This document shows positions 62,859 to 64,000 of a stretch of 64,000 nt of DNA, in pieces. This DNA is from Blastocatellia bacterium (GTDB lineage: Bacteria; Acidobacteriota; Blastocatellia; UBA7656): positions 256,001 to 320,000 of the forward strand of contig CAVXWP010000009.1 in the NCBI GenBank assembly GCA_963765495.1, in the 5' to 3' direction. Below the pieces are notes generated by a model. It searched no databases, was not told where the DNA came from, and worked only from the letters and a program-made list of their open reading frames with translations. The translations under genes and the position numbers were made by a program. Numbering within the stretch: the stretch's first letter is position 1; each line of letters starts with the position of its first letter.

Positions 62859-64000
62859 TTACTCCTGTCGAGCCGCGCGTCTCTGTCTTCGCACAAACGC
62901 TATGATCAGAAACGCAAAGACGACTCCCGCCCCGGCCAGGCTCGCATAAACGGAAGACCAGAAGGCTGCGGGCGCAAATTGAAATGATACCACATGACCG
63001 CCGGGCGGCACTCTTACGGCCCGCATGGTGATATTGGCTTGCAGGATGTCGGCAGGCTCCCCGTCAATCGTAGCCCTCCAGCCGGGATAGTAATTATCGC
63101 TCAGCACCAGCAGGCCGCCCTGTTCGCTTTCCGTAGAGATCACAACCCGGTTGCGAGCGTCTTCGGTTATCCGAGCCTCGCCGCCGGATTTGAGATTTGA
63201 GATTTGAGATTTGAAATCTGGGGTTTCAGATTGCGAATTATCAGGCGCTTCGATGACGGCAGTCGTGTGAGGGTCGAAACCCGGATCGTTCATCGCCGAG
63301 ATCGCATACGAATGGTTGGGAACCGTCTCCGCCTGCTCCGCAAAGAACGCGCGCGGCAGGGCCTGTTTGTTCTCATAAACCGCGATTCCCTCTTCCGAGG
63401 CAATCAGGTCATAGCCTTCAAGAGGCGGGAGCGAACTGTGAGTCAGCACATACCTGACATTCAACAGGTCGAAATATCGAGAGCGGGCCTGATCGAAGAC
63501 TACGTGGCTCAAGTAGGGCTGTTTCTCGATGAGCGCGGCATACTGGCGATACCACTTTGGAAACTGCTGATTCTTTCCCGTCACGGTCGAGATGCGATAG
63601 GGCAGCAGAGTGTTTGGCGGGGCGATGATCTTCTCTCTATCGGGCAAATCCGACGCCCGGCGATTCGTGTCGAGATCGGAAGGGACTATGAGCACGCGGC
63701 CCGGTGGGAGCCGGTGCAACAATTCGGTTATCTTTGTTTCGGGAAAGACACGCGAGCGATCAAAGGTCGGGTTGAATTGCGCGCTGTTCCAGAAGAGGTC
63801 TACTAAAAGCATTAGCATCAACAGGGCAAAAAAAGCTCTGCTACTCAACTGCGACGAAGCGAATTTGCTCAGCAGGATTACAACTCCGACAATCAGCGCG
63901 AGCGGTATGATCAGCGCGGCATCGGGCGGCGTAAACTGAGCGGCAAGCGCGGCTGCCGATCTTCGCAGGAAAGCGATTTTACCCGATTGCTCGTTGTCCA
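62859..64000 (-). CDS. YfhO-family membrane protein, C-terminal part (continues beyond the window)
   Basis: LLNVRYV, YENKQALPRAF, LVLSDNYYPGWRATIDG, RAVRVPPGGH and a C-terminal TM helix. Confidence 0.85.
   Translation of the reverse strand, partial: DNEQSGKIAFLRRSAAALAAQFTPPDAALIIPLALIVGVVILLSKFASSQLSSRAFFALLMLMLLVDLFWNSAQFNPTFDRSRVFPETKITELLHRLPPGRVLIVPSDLDTNRRASDLPDREKIIAPPNTLLPYRISTVTGKNQQFPKWYRQYAALIEKQPYLSHVVFDQARSRYFDLLNVRYVLTHSSLPPLEGYDLIASEEGIAVYENKQALPRAFFAEQAETVPNHSYAISAMNDPGFDPHTTAVIEAPDNSQSETPDFKSQISNLKSGGEARITEDARNRVVISTESEQGGLLVLSDNYYPGWRATIDGEPADILQANITMRAVRVPPGGHVVSFQFAPAAFWSSVYASLAGAGVVFAFLIIAFVRRQRRAARQE

Overview
This is a gene-dense bacterial chromosomal window. Gene content and repeat style suggest Acidobacteriota, possibly Blastocatellia (inference only). 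In order it holds: (1) a ~14.6 kb minus-strand respiratory supercluster (Rieske protein, split cytochrome b/subunit IV, an 8-heme cytochrome c, a cupredoxin-like lipoprotein, heme A and O synthases, and an A1-type aa3 oxidase with two subunit III genes); (2) EamA, serA and HxlR; (3) a four-gene signalling operon (PocR-GAF-GGDEF, a P-loop ATPase fused to an RsbW-like kinase, STAS, GAF-HD-GYP) divergent from a sigma54 response regulator; (4) a flavin amine oxidase; (5) a Ser/Thr kinase-PEGA-FGE gene split at a C11 tract, two DUF4384-like proteins and a trypsin-like protease; (6) acyl-CoA dehydrogenase, a fused LeuD-LeuC-type hydratase, a fused E1 alpha/beta 2-oxoacid dehydrogenase, a frameshifted EVE gene, an ABC exporter, rimI, tsaB and mutS; (7) a surface-glycan cluster. 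The intergenic DNA is unusually structured. Four copies of a ~200-220 bp MITE-like element have CAGGG-type inverted ends, 9-bp target duplications and a long internal hairpin. More than a dozen hairpins built from short tandem repeats sit at gene junctions, and a GTAG REP-like element is also inserted in frame in a glycosyltransferase. No rRNA, tRNA, CRISPR array or transposase gene was recognised. All calls come from reading motifs by eye; no searches were run.
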